Shown here: positions 1-10,966 of the stretch, piece after piece
Layout of the letters: each line of letters begins with the position of its first letter
How positions within the stretch are numbered: position 1 is the stretch's first letter
Source of the DNA: Octopus sinensis
Lineage: Eukaryota
Assembly: GCF_006345805.1 (NCBI RefSeq)
Contig: NW_021834683.1
Span: 1-46,729 of the forward strand
DNA length: 46,729 bases
Direction of reading: 5' to 3'
The notes under the pieces: generated by a model
The model's database searches: none
What the model saw: the letters and a program-made list of their open reading frames with translations, nothing else
What the model was told of the DNA's origin: nothing
Made by a program: the position numbers and the translations under genes

Positions 1-124
1 TCTGAAACTCAGAGTTTTATCTTGACTATCGAGTAATGTAACATATTATTGAATAGATAAATTTCCTCTATTTACATAATATTGAGGTCTCTTTCTTTCT
101 TTTGTTATCTTAACCGTTTTACCC

Positions 125-260
125 ATATATATATATATACATACATCCATACAGACATATATATATATATATATATATATCTATATATTATATATATATA
201 TATATATAGATATTATATATATATATATATATATATTATATAATATATATATATATATAA
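125..260. repeat. (TA)n microsatellite
   Basis: Long interrupted TA dinucleotide run. Confidence 0.95.
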
Positions 261-392
261 GTTCAGCCAAAAAATTTAGATTCAAATGAATATGGTACTT
301 AAGTTAGATACACCAGAATTTTGTATGGTGTTATCCATATAAATCCATGGGGTGATTATAATCAAAATAAGCAACAGAATATCTCCGGTATT

Positions 393-473
393 TGGTACGA
401 TCGTTTCACGCTACTCATTTTTAAATATTCTAAGTATCACAACAGTTTTAAAATGTTGAGCAATCATCAGCCA
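393..473 (-). ncRNA. Minimal type-I hammerhead ribozyme motif with a 3-nt bulge in stem II
   Basis: Minus strand reads ugg-CUGAUGA (plus 464-470), stem II uugcuca/ugaguag plus an extra cgu, GAAAC-GAUC-GUA (plus 396-407), then cca. Stem III is the perfect palindrome ACGAUCGU. Confidence 0.6.
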
Positions 474-659
474 TTTATAGAGGTTTTCCATTAATACATA
501 ATTTTCATATTAATTGATAACATTATAGAGAAGGTAGATATATAGACAAAGATGTCGATTTGAATTTTAAGAATTTTATGTATATACATATATATATATT
601 CTCTTATATGTTTCAGTCCAATGACTGTGGCCATGCTGGAGCACTGCCATTGTAATCAT

Positions 660-1040
660 CTTTCCACTTTCCATCTTTGTCGGAGCGGCTTCTGGTGAAG
701 GATGGAGTTCGATGCTCTTTTGAGTTTCTTGCTTAGATATTGGCCCATCCGGGATCTCGGCGAGCCAGAGGTCAAGTTCACGTTTGAAAACGTCTATATC
801 CACTCCATGAAGGCTCCTCAGATGCTTCGGCAGACAGTTAAACAGCTGTGGGCCCTTGAAACCCAAGCTATTGCAGTACATCGTCCTTGCTGCCCGAGAT
901 GAAGCAGTTGGTACAATGGGGACAGCACAGTGACGACCTGTTCGTGGTCTGGTATAGCTCTTTATTCCAAAGTTTGGTACTAGTCCTTCCAGTATAGACC
1001 AAGAATCGGAGATCTTTATCGAGAAGCAGGCTGAATGAGA
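660..1040 (-). mobile_element. CR1-clade non-LTR retrotransposon, 3' RT fragment
   Basis: ORF 576..1109 contains WSILEGLVPNFG...CNSLGFKGPQLFNCLPKHLR...FKRELD, typical of a CR1/L2-group RT C-terminus. A homologous copy lies at 14330-14920. Confidence 0.8.
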
Positions 1041-1257
1041 TATGGTTCGTAATAAGACGATTCGTGAAAATGAAGAAAATACAAAAACAAAAACAAAAGA
1101 AATCTTCAAGATGATATTTCCTTAGCGGTGCCATCCACACAGTCCCTTGATCGTAGTTTGTTCATAAATGTCATTATCTTATACCTAATGTCATATACTT
1201 ATGACGTTAGATATATGAAATTAACCTATGACATTACTCATAATGACACAGATTACT

Positions 1258-1676
1258 CTACTCTTTACTCTTTTACTCTTTTACTTGTTTCATTCATTTG
1301 ACTGCGGCCATGCTGGAGCACCGCCTTTAATCGAGCAACTCGACCCCAGGACTTATTCTTTTGTAAGCCCAGTACTTATTCTACCGGTCTCTTTTGGCGA
1401 ACCGCTAAGTAACGGGGACATAAACACACCAGCATCAGTTGTCAAGCAATGCTAGGGTGACAAACACAGACACACAAACACACACACGCATATATATATA
1501 TATACATATATACGACGGGCTTCTTTCAGTTTCCGTCAACCAAATCCACTCACAAGGCTTTGGTTGGCCCTAGGCTATAGTAGAAGACACTTGCCCAAGG
1601 TGCCACGCAGTGGGACTGAACCCGGAACCATATGGTTGGTAAACAAGCTACTAACCACACAGCCACTCCTGCGCCT
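1258..1676 (-). mobile_element. tRNA-derived SINE, family A (about 400 bp, internal TA/TG microsatellite)
   Basis: Head aggcgcaggagtggctgtgtggt...ggttccgggttcagtccc with A/B-box-like motifs and tail gaaacaagtaaaagagtaa. More than 12 copies in the window. Confidence 0.85.
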
Positions 1677-1699
1677 TAATATAAGTTTTTTTTGTTTTT

Positions 1700-1925
1700 T
1701 TTTTACCCACAAGGGGCTAAACATAGAGAGAACAAACAAGGACAGACAAACGAATTAAGTCGATTACATCGACCCCAGAGCGTAACTGGTACTTAATTTA
1801 TCGACCCCAAAAGGATGAAAAGCAAAGTCGACCTCGGCGGAATTTCAACTCAGAACGTAACGGCAGACGAAATACGGCAACGCATTTCGCCCGGCGTGCT
1901 AACGGTTCTGCCAGCTCGCCGCCTT
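1700..1925 (-). mobile_element. tRNA-derived SINE, family B (about 230 bp)
   Basis: Reverse complement of aaggcggcgagctggcagaa...gagttgaaattccgccgaggtcgactttgcttttcatcc...ggggtcgataaattaagtaccag. Same family as 6957 and 31063. Confidence 0.85.
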
Positions 1926-2096
1926 AATATAATGTGCTAATGTTGCACGTAAATGTATAATAAAGATTTTGATTGAAGGTAATAAATATTTAACACAAAC
2001 AAAAACTAATCCTTTCTACTGTAGACACATTGCCTGAAATTTTGGGGGTAGGCGGGGCAGTCGATTAGATCGTGACTGTGTACTATTTTTTTTTTT

Positions 2097-2489
2097 ACTC
2101 TTTTACTTGTTTCAGTCATTTGACTTCGGCCATGCTAGAGCACCGCCTTTAGTCGAGCAAATCGACCCCGGGACTTATTCTTTTGTAAGCCCAGTACTTA
2201 TTCTATCGGTCTCTTTTTGCCAAACCGCTAAGTGACGGGGACGTAAACACACCAGCATCGGTTGTCAAGCAATGCTAGGGGGACAAACACAGACACACAA
2301 ACATATACACACACATACACACATATATATATATAAATATATACGACAGGCTTTTTTCAGTTTTCGTCTACCAAATCCACTCACAAGGCTATAGTAGAAG
2401 ACACTTGCACAAGGAGCCACGCAGTGGGACTGAACCCAGAACCATGTGGTTGGTAAACAAGCTACTTACCACACAGCCACTCCTGCGCT
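2097..2489 (-). mobile_element. SINE family A
   Basis: Colinear with 1258-1676, with a small internal deletion. Confidence 0.85.
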
Positions 2490-2945
2490 TTAAAAATAAG
2501 TACCAAGCTTTAGCTTTAAAAACAAGTACAGGAGGTCGATTTGTTCGATTAAGCTATTCAAGGCAAGTGTCCCAGCGTGGACGCAGTCCGAATACTGGAC
2601 AACGGAAAAGATAAACTCATTAAATTTAATTAACTCCAATTACTTATACAAATATATTTATACACACACACACACACACACATATTTACACGCACACATG
2701 TATTATATGTATAATATGTATTATATGCATATATCATTGGTACATACATACGCATGTGTATATATAAGAGTGTGAGTGTGTGTATATATGAATATATACA
2801 CACACACACACATATATATGTAAAGAAAGAGGGAGTGTCAGAAAGAGAGAGAGAAAGAAATTATTGATGTGCTGCAACGTATAACGACAATGTGTTCCAC
2901 TGTTCAATACCCTACACACGTACGCGCAGACGTACAAAAAAAGCA

Positions 2946-2988
<43 letters not shown>

Positions 2989-3213
2989 CACACACACACA
3001 AATTGATACGACTTGAGTCTCACCATTTTTATTATCTACGTCAGCAATGTCAAAATTCTCCGCAACGTCAACTTTGAACGCAGGCTACGTAATACGCAAC
3101 CTGAATCTATATTTTGTTACTGTGTTTCCTGACTATATTTCTCCAGTTCCATATATAGGATATTAGTTTCTAATTTTGGCACGCGGCCGGAAAGTTCCAC
3201 ATAAGTTCCACGT

Positions 3214-3625
3214 AGGCGCAGGAGTGGCTGTGTGGTAAGTAGCTTGTTTACCAGCCACATGGTTCCGGGTTCAGTCCCATTGCGTGGCATCTTGGGCAAG
3301 TGTCTTCTACTATAGCCTTGGGCCGACCAAAGCCTTGTGAGTGGATTTGGTAGACGGAAACTGAAAGAAGACCGTCGTATATATGTATATATATATGTGT
3401 GTATGTATATGTGTGTGTATGTTTGTGTGTCTGTGTTTGTCCCCCAGCATTGCTTGACAACCGATGCTGGTGTGTTTATGTCCCCGTCACTTAGCGGTTC
3501 GGCAAAAGAGACCGATAGAATAAGTACTGGGCTTACAAAAGAATAAGTCCCGGAGTCGAGTTGCTCGATTAAAAGCGGTGCTCCAGCATGGCCGCAGTCA
3601 AATGACTGAAACAAGTAAAAGAGTA
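3214..3625 (+). mobile_element. SINE family A, full length
   Basis: Runs from aggcgcaggagtggc to gaaacaagtaaaagagta. Confidence 0.88.
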
Positions 3626-3704
3626 TACCGTCTGCCCACTTAGCTATTCGGAGAACATTTTAAAGAAACAAACGATAATAAAATAGTAGGAGGAAATGCT
3701 TATT

Positions 3705-3874
3705 GTGGGCGTACAAGTTGTGCGATAATAAGCTTACTTCCTATCCACTTGGTTCCGAGTTCAATCTCATAGTGTGGCACATTAAGCAAGTGTCTTCTGC
3801 TATAGCCCCGGGCCGACCAAAAGCCTTATAAGTGAATTTGGTAGACAGAAACTGAAAATAAGTCCATTGTCTGC

Positions 3875-3928
<54 letters not shown>

Positions 3929-4133
3929 CTTTAACTATATGTATGTGTGTGTGTGTGTTGTGAATGTGCGTGCACATCTGCGTATTTGTGTATGTGTTTG
4001 TCTGTCTGCAACCATCGCTGGTTCGTTTAATAAGTACCGGGCTTAAAAAATAAATACTAGATCGATTTTCTCGACTTCAAGGCAGTGTTCCAGCATGGCC
4101 GCAGTCCAATGACTGAAAGAAGTAAAAGAGAAA
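3705..4133 (+). mobile_element. SINE family A, older diverged copy
   Basis: Degenerate head, ggcaagtgtcttc-type core and the same 3' tail, with an internal (TCTA)n tract. Confidence 0.7.
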
Positions 4134-4514
4134 AGTACAGAAAAGATACACACACAGGAAATTCTGTTTTCTGCAGGCGAAAACGGCCGCCGAAATACTT
4201 GTCATGCTTCAAACAGCTTTCAAACAGAATAAAATAATAAAATTAGAAAAAAATTCAAGAAAGTGATATCATAACCATGTTAGCTAAAAAGGTGTATATT
4301 GATCATTTAAAACATTAAAAGGAAGATTACTATTATTTAGAATTAATTTATTACCTCATCTTTCCTTAATTAATAAATTATTAAGTGGTCTCTATAAAGA
4401 TCACTCAAACCACTTACATATGGAATATCTGGGAAGATATACATACTATCTATTGATTGAAAGTAATGAAACAGAAGCATGGTATGATAATGATAATACA
4501 TATACATAATTCAT

Positions 4515-4528
4515 AGACATATATATAT

Positions 4529-4559
<31 letters not shown>

Positions 4560-4584
4560 CTATATATATATATATATATATATA

Positions 4585-4618
<34 letters not shown>

Positions 4619-4757
4619 CATAGACATATATATATATATATACACCCACACACACATACATACATACATACATACATACATACATACATACATACATACA
4701 TACATACATACATACATACATACATACATACATACATACATACATACATACATACAC
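4515..4757. repeat. (TA)n plus (CATA)n microsatellite
   Basis: Seen directly. Confidence 0.95.
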
Positions 4758-4772
4758 ACGCACGCACGTGAA

Positions 4773-6043
4773 TAAATTGTCGACTAAATTTCGGAAAAAT
4801 GAAAATAACACTGACATCTCGTCTTAACAGATATATATATCAAAATTACATAAAAATATCTTGAAATACTAAAGAGTAAATTTATTCTATAACATCGCCA
4901 TTGGTTTCAACCACGGCTCCAGAAGACTTCGGAATCTCCTGCAACTCTTCTGGAGGGTCTCCTTGTTTAAGTTGCAGAATGCTGCCATAATCCTTGCCTT
5001 CAGTTCGTCTTTGGTGTTACAAGGAATTTTGTTAGTCTCTCACTCAACTGCACCTTCCACATAATAATCAAGGGGGTTGCAGACTGGAGTTAGGTAGCCA
5101 GATGTTAGGGGTGATGTGGTTGCAGAAATTGTCTGACAGCCATGACTGGATTCTCCTACTTGTGTGGCATGGTGCAGAGTCCTGTTGCCAGACATAGGAT
5201 CTGCCAACAGCCACCCTCTTGACCAAGGGCAGCATTACCTTCGCTAAGCACTTGTTGTAGGCCTCCGCATTGAATCTGAGGCTGTGTGGGAAGATGAATG
5301 AAGGCATAACGTTGCCAGCACTAATAATCACTCTAAATACCATGATGTTGATTGGATGTTTGATTTGTATCACTCTCAATACATATCTTGGGGACACGGC
5401 AAGCCAACGAGTGTTCTGTGTGTTCACCATTTGATCCTGGCAGAACGTTTTCTCGTCTGAGAAAAACCAAAGCATGTTCCGTTGGAGGGAATGCTCAAGT
5501 TTGTTCAAAAGCTTCGTAGCGTGGTCTTTCCTCTTGTCCTTGATGGCTTGGGATAAAAATTGGCTCTTTCTCATCTTGCATGAAGAATACCGAACGTCTT
5601 CCTGTGTTACTGCCTGATAAGAAACTCAGACATTCTCATGTCCCTGACGACGGACCTGATTGACATGGAGGGATCGTTATCAATCATGGCCTGGATCTTA
5701 CCAACAAATTCAGGAGTTCTTTTCTTATCAGAATAATCAGAGTGAGTTTTCCGAGTTGCCGTAACTTCGTAATCACCCTTAGACTCATTCAACTCTTTCC
5801 GAATCCTTTGCACTGCCCTCAGATTGACATCCAAACACTCTGAAATGTTCGTATTGGAGCGAATGTCAAACAGTACATGTCGTTTCCAAATTTCTGGCGG
5901 AGCGAATTGCCTCATGGTGCTGTTTTTTCTCACAGACGGTGCCCAACTGACCCTACTATACTGAGTAGTCAACAAAATCAAAAATAATGTGTATGCGCGA
6001 AAATAAAAATATAAAATAGCGACAATTTACCCATTGCACCCTG
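4773..6043 (-). mobile_element. Tc1/mariner superfamily DD37D (maT-type) DNA transposon, defective
   Basis: Right terminus cgacaatttacccattgcaccctg followed by TA. Eroded left terminus taaattgtcg at 4773-4782 is complementary to 6020-6029. Contains a transposase pseudogene. Confidence 0.8.
4882..5915 (-). pseudogene. DD37D transposase pseudogene (frameshifts and stops)
   Basis: ORFs 5607..5981 (HTH region) and 5068..5574 (FFSDEKTF...WQQDSAPCH...W.PNS). A frameshifted NPLDYYVW-like motif and C-terminus continue to TAA at 4882. Reconstructed D-to-D spacing is 37. Confidence 0.85.
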
Positions 6044-6049
6044 TATATG

Positions 6050-6081
<32 letters not shown>

Positions 6082-6128
6082 TGTATGTATGTATGTATGT
6101 ATGTATGTATGTATGTATGTATGTATGT
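6044..6128. repeat. (TATG)n microsatellite
   Basis: Seen directly. Confidence 0.95.
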
Positions 6129-6956
6129 AGACAGACAGATAGAGAAACAATGAAATCGAGTTACGCTGCTCTATCAAGTTGAATTTTCCTTTGTAATACA
6201 TTATTTTTAACGTTTTCCTTTCCCTTTTTTTTATTATTAACTTTGTGATCTTTTGCCACACCAGAATACACACGAAGTAGTATGATGTGGCAGAAAGAAA
6301 AAAAAAACTAATATTTAAATAAACAGGTATATAAGAAAATGCCGCATATAACACGGATGATAACATGTGGCAGATGGCAGGCGACAACGTTAACAAATTT
6401 TAATGGGAACTAAAACTGAAGGAGAATAAATATTTTTTATCGGTTTTCTGATCTAAGTTATTGATTGAGAAAAATAGCTGTTCACCACATCAGAATTCAC
6501 GTTTTTACCATTCTAATAAAATAAACCATAAAGCGATTCGATCGAAATAGGAATTTGTACATGGGATGAAAAATATATGATATAATGTTACTGATGTATG
6601 AAATACTTATTTGACTATTTATTTTGAAACTGGTTATCATTAGCAGTTCGGCAAAAGAGAACAATAGAATAAGCACGAGGTTTAAAAGGAAATAAATAAG
6701 TTCTGGAGTCATAACCAAACTCCGTCGAGGTTGGCCGCAGTCTAATGACTAATGACTGAAACAAGTAAAAGATAGAAGCTAAAAGACTATTACAGAAACA
6801 CACACTCCTTAAAAGCTAGTCATGATCTCAACTAGGAGGTGCGCTTATTGATTGTACTTCAGTATGCCTATCAACAATAATGACGACAAATATCTCAAAT
6901 ATATTTAATTGTTTTTGAAAATGATAACGAATAAAGATAATATATATCTTCTTTTT

Positions 6957-7190
6957 AGAGCAGCGAGCTGGCAAAATCGCTACCGCGCCGGGTAAAATGC
7001 TTAGCGGTATTTCGTCTGCGTTACGTTGTGAGTTCAAATTCCGCCGAGGTCGACTTTGCCTTTCATCCTTTCGGGGTCGATAAATTAAGTACCAGTTACG
7101 TACTGGGGTCGATGTAATCGACTTAATACCTATGTCTGTCCTTGTTTGTCCCCTCTGTGTTTAGCCCCTTGTGGGTAATAAAGAAATAGG
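6957..7190 (+). mobile_element. SINE family B, full length
   Basis: cagcgagctggcaaaatcg...gagttcaaattccgccgaggtcgactttgcctttcatcctttcggggtcgataaattaagtaccag...aagaaatagg. Confidence 0.88.
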
Positions 7191-7215
7191 TATTTGATTC
7201 GTCTTTACGTTCTGA

Positions 7216-9180
7216 TTTCATTAAGTAGTGTTGGTTTGCCACGTGGATATAGTTTTTAGTTCCATTTATTCTTTTTCTCCATTCATAATTTAAATGACGT
7301 TTACTTTCCATGGCGCGTATTCTTTTTTTACATAAGTTATTTCTATGGTAACGTAATTTTGGTTTGATTTTTTTAACAGCTAAAAATTTAATTTCACTTC
7401 ATAATTTGAAACTGACTTGTAAGTATGTCTTTTATTTATCCTTATGTCATATTGTTATTTTTGATATTCTGGTTAATTACGATGTATTAATGTTGTTTTC
7501 ATAGGAGTGTTTATGTATATGAGTTTGTGTGTGAGTTTTTAGTTGTATAATTTATTTATCTGTATGAGTGTGGGTGTGTAAATATTGTTGTATATATCGA
7601 GTTTAGAGTATGTATATGCGTATATGTGAGGGAGTATATGTATCCGTTGTGTGTGTGTGTTTTTGCGTGTGTGTGTGTTTGTGTGTGAATGTGTATATGG
7701 GTTGTTATATTAGGTTTTGGATGTAGTGTTAATTTGCCTGTTGGGGAGTGAGTGGGTTTGGTGTATATTGAGGTTTATAAGTTAGTATAGGTATGTGTAT
7801 GTGGTTTACGTGTGTGTATTTGTGGTGGGAATGTTTAGGTAGGGGGATTATTATATAGGTTGTTATAGAGTTAGCAAGGGAGATTTTATCGTTATATGTT
7901 TTTAAGAGTTTTGGTTTATCATGGTTTTTTTTAGGGAATTCGTGGTAATTTGTCTATTTTCGATGTTGGTTGTTTTATTACATTGTTTCATTCATAATTT
8001 TTGAGTGGTGTTCGTTTTGCCACGTGAATATTATTTTTAATTCCATTTATTCCATTTCTCCATTCATTAATTTAGAGATGTTCGTTTCCAGAGCGGTTAT
8101 ACTTTTTATACATATGTTAAGTTCCTTGGTAAAGTAATTTTGTTTGGTGTATATGTTGAGGCTTATATGTACTTGTGGTGGGTGTGAGTGGGGTGGGTGT
8201 TTGTATTTGTTATGGGTGTGTGGTTTACGTGTGGTGTTTTGTGTGTGAATGTATAGGTTAAAGGGATTGCTATATAAGTATGTTATAGTGTTTAGTAAAG
8301 GGAGGTTTTATTCATTTCTGTTTTGTGAGTTTTAGCTTATCATGGTAGTTTTATAAAAGAATCCATTCATAATTTTTGTGTTTATTTGTCTGTGTGGGGT
8401 TGAGTGGGTTTTTGGAGTATATGTTGAGGTTTATATGTATGTATTGGTATGTGTAAGTGGTGTGGGTATTTGTATATGTCGTGGGTGTGTGTTGTTTACG
8501 TGTGTGTATTTGTGTGTGAATGTTTAGGTTAGGGGGATTGCTATATAGGTTTGTTATAGAGTTTAGTAAAGGGAGATTTTATCATTATATGTTTTTATGA
8601 GTTTTTGGTTTATCACGATAGGTTTGTTAAGGAATTCGTAGTAATTTGTGTCTATTTGCGATGTCTGTTGTTTTATTGCATTGTTTCATTCATAATTTTT
8701 AAGTAGTGTTCGTTTTTACCAAGTGAATATAATTTTAATTCCATTTATTCCATTTCTCCGTTCATAGTTTTGAGTGATGTCCGTTTTCTAGAGCGTGAAT
8801 GTGGGGGTTGTATGTGTGGTGTGTGGGAGTATGAATAAGTATTGTGTTGAAGTATTTAGCTATTTTATTTATTTATAGTTGCCTAGACGTTTTTATGTGT
8901 ATGTATAGGGATATATATATAGGTGTGTGATTTAGTGTATGTAGTTAGATATGGTTATATATAATTAGGTATATGTGTATGGGTGTATATATAGTTTATT
9001 ATTATATTATTATTATTTTTTTGTTTTGTTTTATATTTTATATTTTATATTTTATAGTTTATATTTATTGTTGATAGGTTTTTTTTAGTTTATTATTGTT
9101 TATATATTGATTATATATGGATTATATATAGGTTATATATGGATTATATACTTACATTTTTCATTCATACTTTAATTATT
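7216..9180. repeat. Diverged tandem and interleaved repeat array with strong G+T strand skew
   Basis: Unit Y (ttcataatttttgagtggtgttcgttttgccacgtg...ttccatttattccatttctcc) occurs near 7220, 7990 and 8690. Unit X (gttgaggtttata...tttacgtgtgtgtatttgtg...agtaaagggagattttatc) occurs near 7765, 8150 and 8420. Confidence 0.7.
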
Positions 9181-9231
9181 TTAAAATTATTATTTTTATA
9201 TTTTAAAATATTGATTTTTTAGATTGGAAGT

Positions 9232-9274
9232 CCACCTGAAGATTGTCGATCAAGACAAGAAACGATTGTAGTGG
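9232..9274 (+). ncRNA. Minimal type-I hammerhead ribozyme, intact core
   Basis: CCAC-CUGAAGA-uuguc(gaucaa)gacaa-GAAA-C-GAUU-GUA-GUGG. Stem I is 4 bp, stem II is 5 bp, the NUH triplet is GUA (predicted cleavage after 9270), and stem III ACGAUUGU is self-complementary with G-U pairs. Confidence 0.75.
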
Positions 9275-9392
9275 CGGTTTTTTTGACTATTTATTAAAAT
9301 TTTATGTATTGATTAAGTCTTTCCTTGTTTGTTTTGCAAAATAGTGGTTTTGTCTCTAATAATATTTTATATATATATATAATATATATATA

Positions 9393-9540
9393 AGTAGGTG
9401 AATGAATTATTCTATGTTTATCGTCAGCATGGAAAATTCGTTTAACCGAAAACTGGGTAGCAAATTCACGTCAGAAAACACGGTTGAAGCGACCTGTCAA
9501 GGGTAGAAACTCCGGGTTCATGTGTAGAAATTTGTGTGTT
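9393..9540. repeat. About 145-bp dispersed repeat, copy 1
   Basis: taggtgaatgaattatt...gggtagcaaatt.acgtcagaaa...ggttcatgtgtagaaatttgtg recurs at 9930-10070. Confidence 0.75.
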
Positions 9541-9590
9541 GTATATGAATAAATGAAAGAATGGAGTCGAACGAAGATGTTAACAAAATT

Positions 9591-9683
9591 CCTTTACTCT
9601 CGACACATGTTTCGAAGACAGCATTTTCTCATTCCAAAGGAATAAAGGATGCATTATGCAATCTTCTCATCAGGAAAGAAAGG
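9591..9683 (-). ncRNA. Type-I hammerhead ribozyme, intact core
   Basis: Minus strand: ccuuucuuuc-CUGAUGA (plus 9667-9673), gaagau...gucuuc stem II with a G10.1-C11.1 pair, GAAAC-AUGU-GUC (plus 9602-9613), gagag(u)aaagg. Extended stem I. Confidence 0.8.
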
Positions 9684-9724
9684 AAGCCTCTCTCGACAAC
9701 AAGACAAACAAGACAAACAAAAAA

Positions 9725-9807
9725 TTGATGAGAAGATTGCATAATGCACCCTTTATTCCTTTGGAATGAGAAAATGCTGTCTTCGAAACATGTGTCGAGA
9801 GTAAAGG
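9725..9807 (+). ncRNA. 5'-truncated hammerhead copy (UUGAUGA, no 5' stem I strand)
   Basis: Inverted copy of 9591-9672 with C3 replaced by U at the junction. Confidence 0.55.
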
Positions 9808-9843
9808 AATTTTGTTAACATCTTCGTTCGACTCCATTCTTTC

Positions 9844-9883
<40 letters not shown>

Positions 9884-9929
9884 TATATTATATATATATA
9901 TATTATATATATATATATATATATATCGA

Positions 9930-10067
9930 TAGGTGAATGAATTATCCATGTTTACCGTCACATGGAAAATTCGATGAACCGATACCAGGGTAGCAAATTG
10001 ACGTCAGAAACACGATTGAAGCGAGCTATCCAAAGGTAGAACTCCGGTTCATGTGCAGAAATTTGTG

Positions 10068-10070
<3 letters not shown>
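9930..10070. repeat. About 145-bp dispersed repeat, copy 2
   Basis: Diverged homologue of 9393-9540. Confidence 0.75.
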
Positions 10071-10109
<39 letters not shown>

Positions 10110-10110
10110 T

Positions 10111-10441
10111 ATAAAATCACAAAGTAGGAACATATACTATACAGTAAAGCCAGTCGCCACATCAAAGTGGCTGTTAAATATTACTACTAGTTTAACACTA
10201 GGCGGATTCTCCACCAGCTGGTTATCAGTGAAACACTCTGCACCCTTTATATAAAATATATTGTTATCAGGGGAGTGAACCCCTACTACCCTTTTAGTTG
10301 CTAGGAGAATAGTAGAGGTTCGCTCCCCTGCTAATTATATATTGTATATGAAATTGTGCAGAGTGTTATACCGATAACCCGCTGGCAGAGATTCTGCCCG
10401 GGTTAAACTAGTAGTAAAATTTAACGGCTGCTTTGATGTGG
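10111..10441. mobile_element. Fold-back non-autonomous element, copy 1, right end cut by a SINE
   Basis: Arms cacatcaaagtggctgttaaat...ggggagtgaacccctacta and tagtagaggttcgctcccc...atttaacggctgctttgatgtg. Homologue at 11612-11954. Confidence 0.7.
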
Positions 10442-10585
10442 TAAGTAGCTTGCTTACGAACCACATGGCTCCGGGTTCAGTCTCATTGCGTGGCACCTTG
10501 GGCAAGTGTCTTCTGCTATAGCCTCGGGCTGACCAAAGCCTTGTCAGTTGATTTGGTAGACGGAAACTGAAAGAAGCCTGTCGTA

Positions 10586-10652
<67 letters not shown>

Positions 10653-10924
10653 TTCTGTGTCTGTGTTTGTCCCCCCAACATCGCTTGACGACCGATACTG
10701 GTGTGTTTACGCAAAAGAGACCGATAGAATAAGTACTGGGCTTACAAAGGATAAGTCATGGGGTTGATTTGCTCGACTAAAGGCGGTGCTCCAGCATGGC
10801 CACAGTCAAATGACTGAAACAAGTAAAAGAATAAATCCCGGGGTCGAGTTGCTCGATTAAAGGCGGTGCTCCAGCATGGCCGCAGTCAAATGACTGAAGC
10901 AAGTAAAAAAGCTAAAGAGTAAAA

Positions 10925-10925
<1 letters not shown>
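10437..10925 (+). mobile_element. SINE family A, 5'-truncated, with duplicated 3' end
   Basis: Starts at tgtggtaagtagc. The 3' segment ggggtcga...gcaagtaaaa is repeated at about 10836-10925. Confidence 0.85.

Positions 10926-10965
<40 letters not shown>

Positions 10966-10966
<1 letters not shown>

Larger units (their letters stand above)
9549..9849. mobile_element. Fold-back element with about 124-bp inverted arms, each carrying a hammerhead motif
   Basis: 9549-9672 is the reverse complement of 9726-9849 with one mismatch by eye. The spacer is about 53 bp and the right end runs into (TA)n. Confidence 0.8.

Noticed and set aside
1-30. GAAAC-UCAGA-GUU at the window edge, possibly the 3' half of another hammerhead
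   Set aside because: The CUGANGA half would lie outside the window, so it cannot be supported.
3214-3290. tRNA-like heads (also near 6957, 24503, 31063 and 34661)
   Set aside because: They have A/B-box-like motifs but no complete cloverleaf and continue into SINE bodies, so they are not tRNA genes.
7216-9180. Possible CRISPR-like or regular satellite array
   Set aside because: Units are long, diverged and irregular, with no repeat-spacer structure, in a eukaryotic context.
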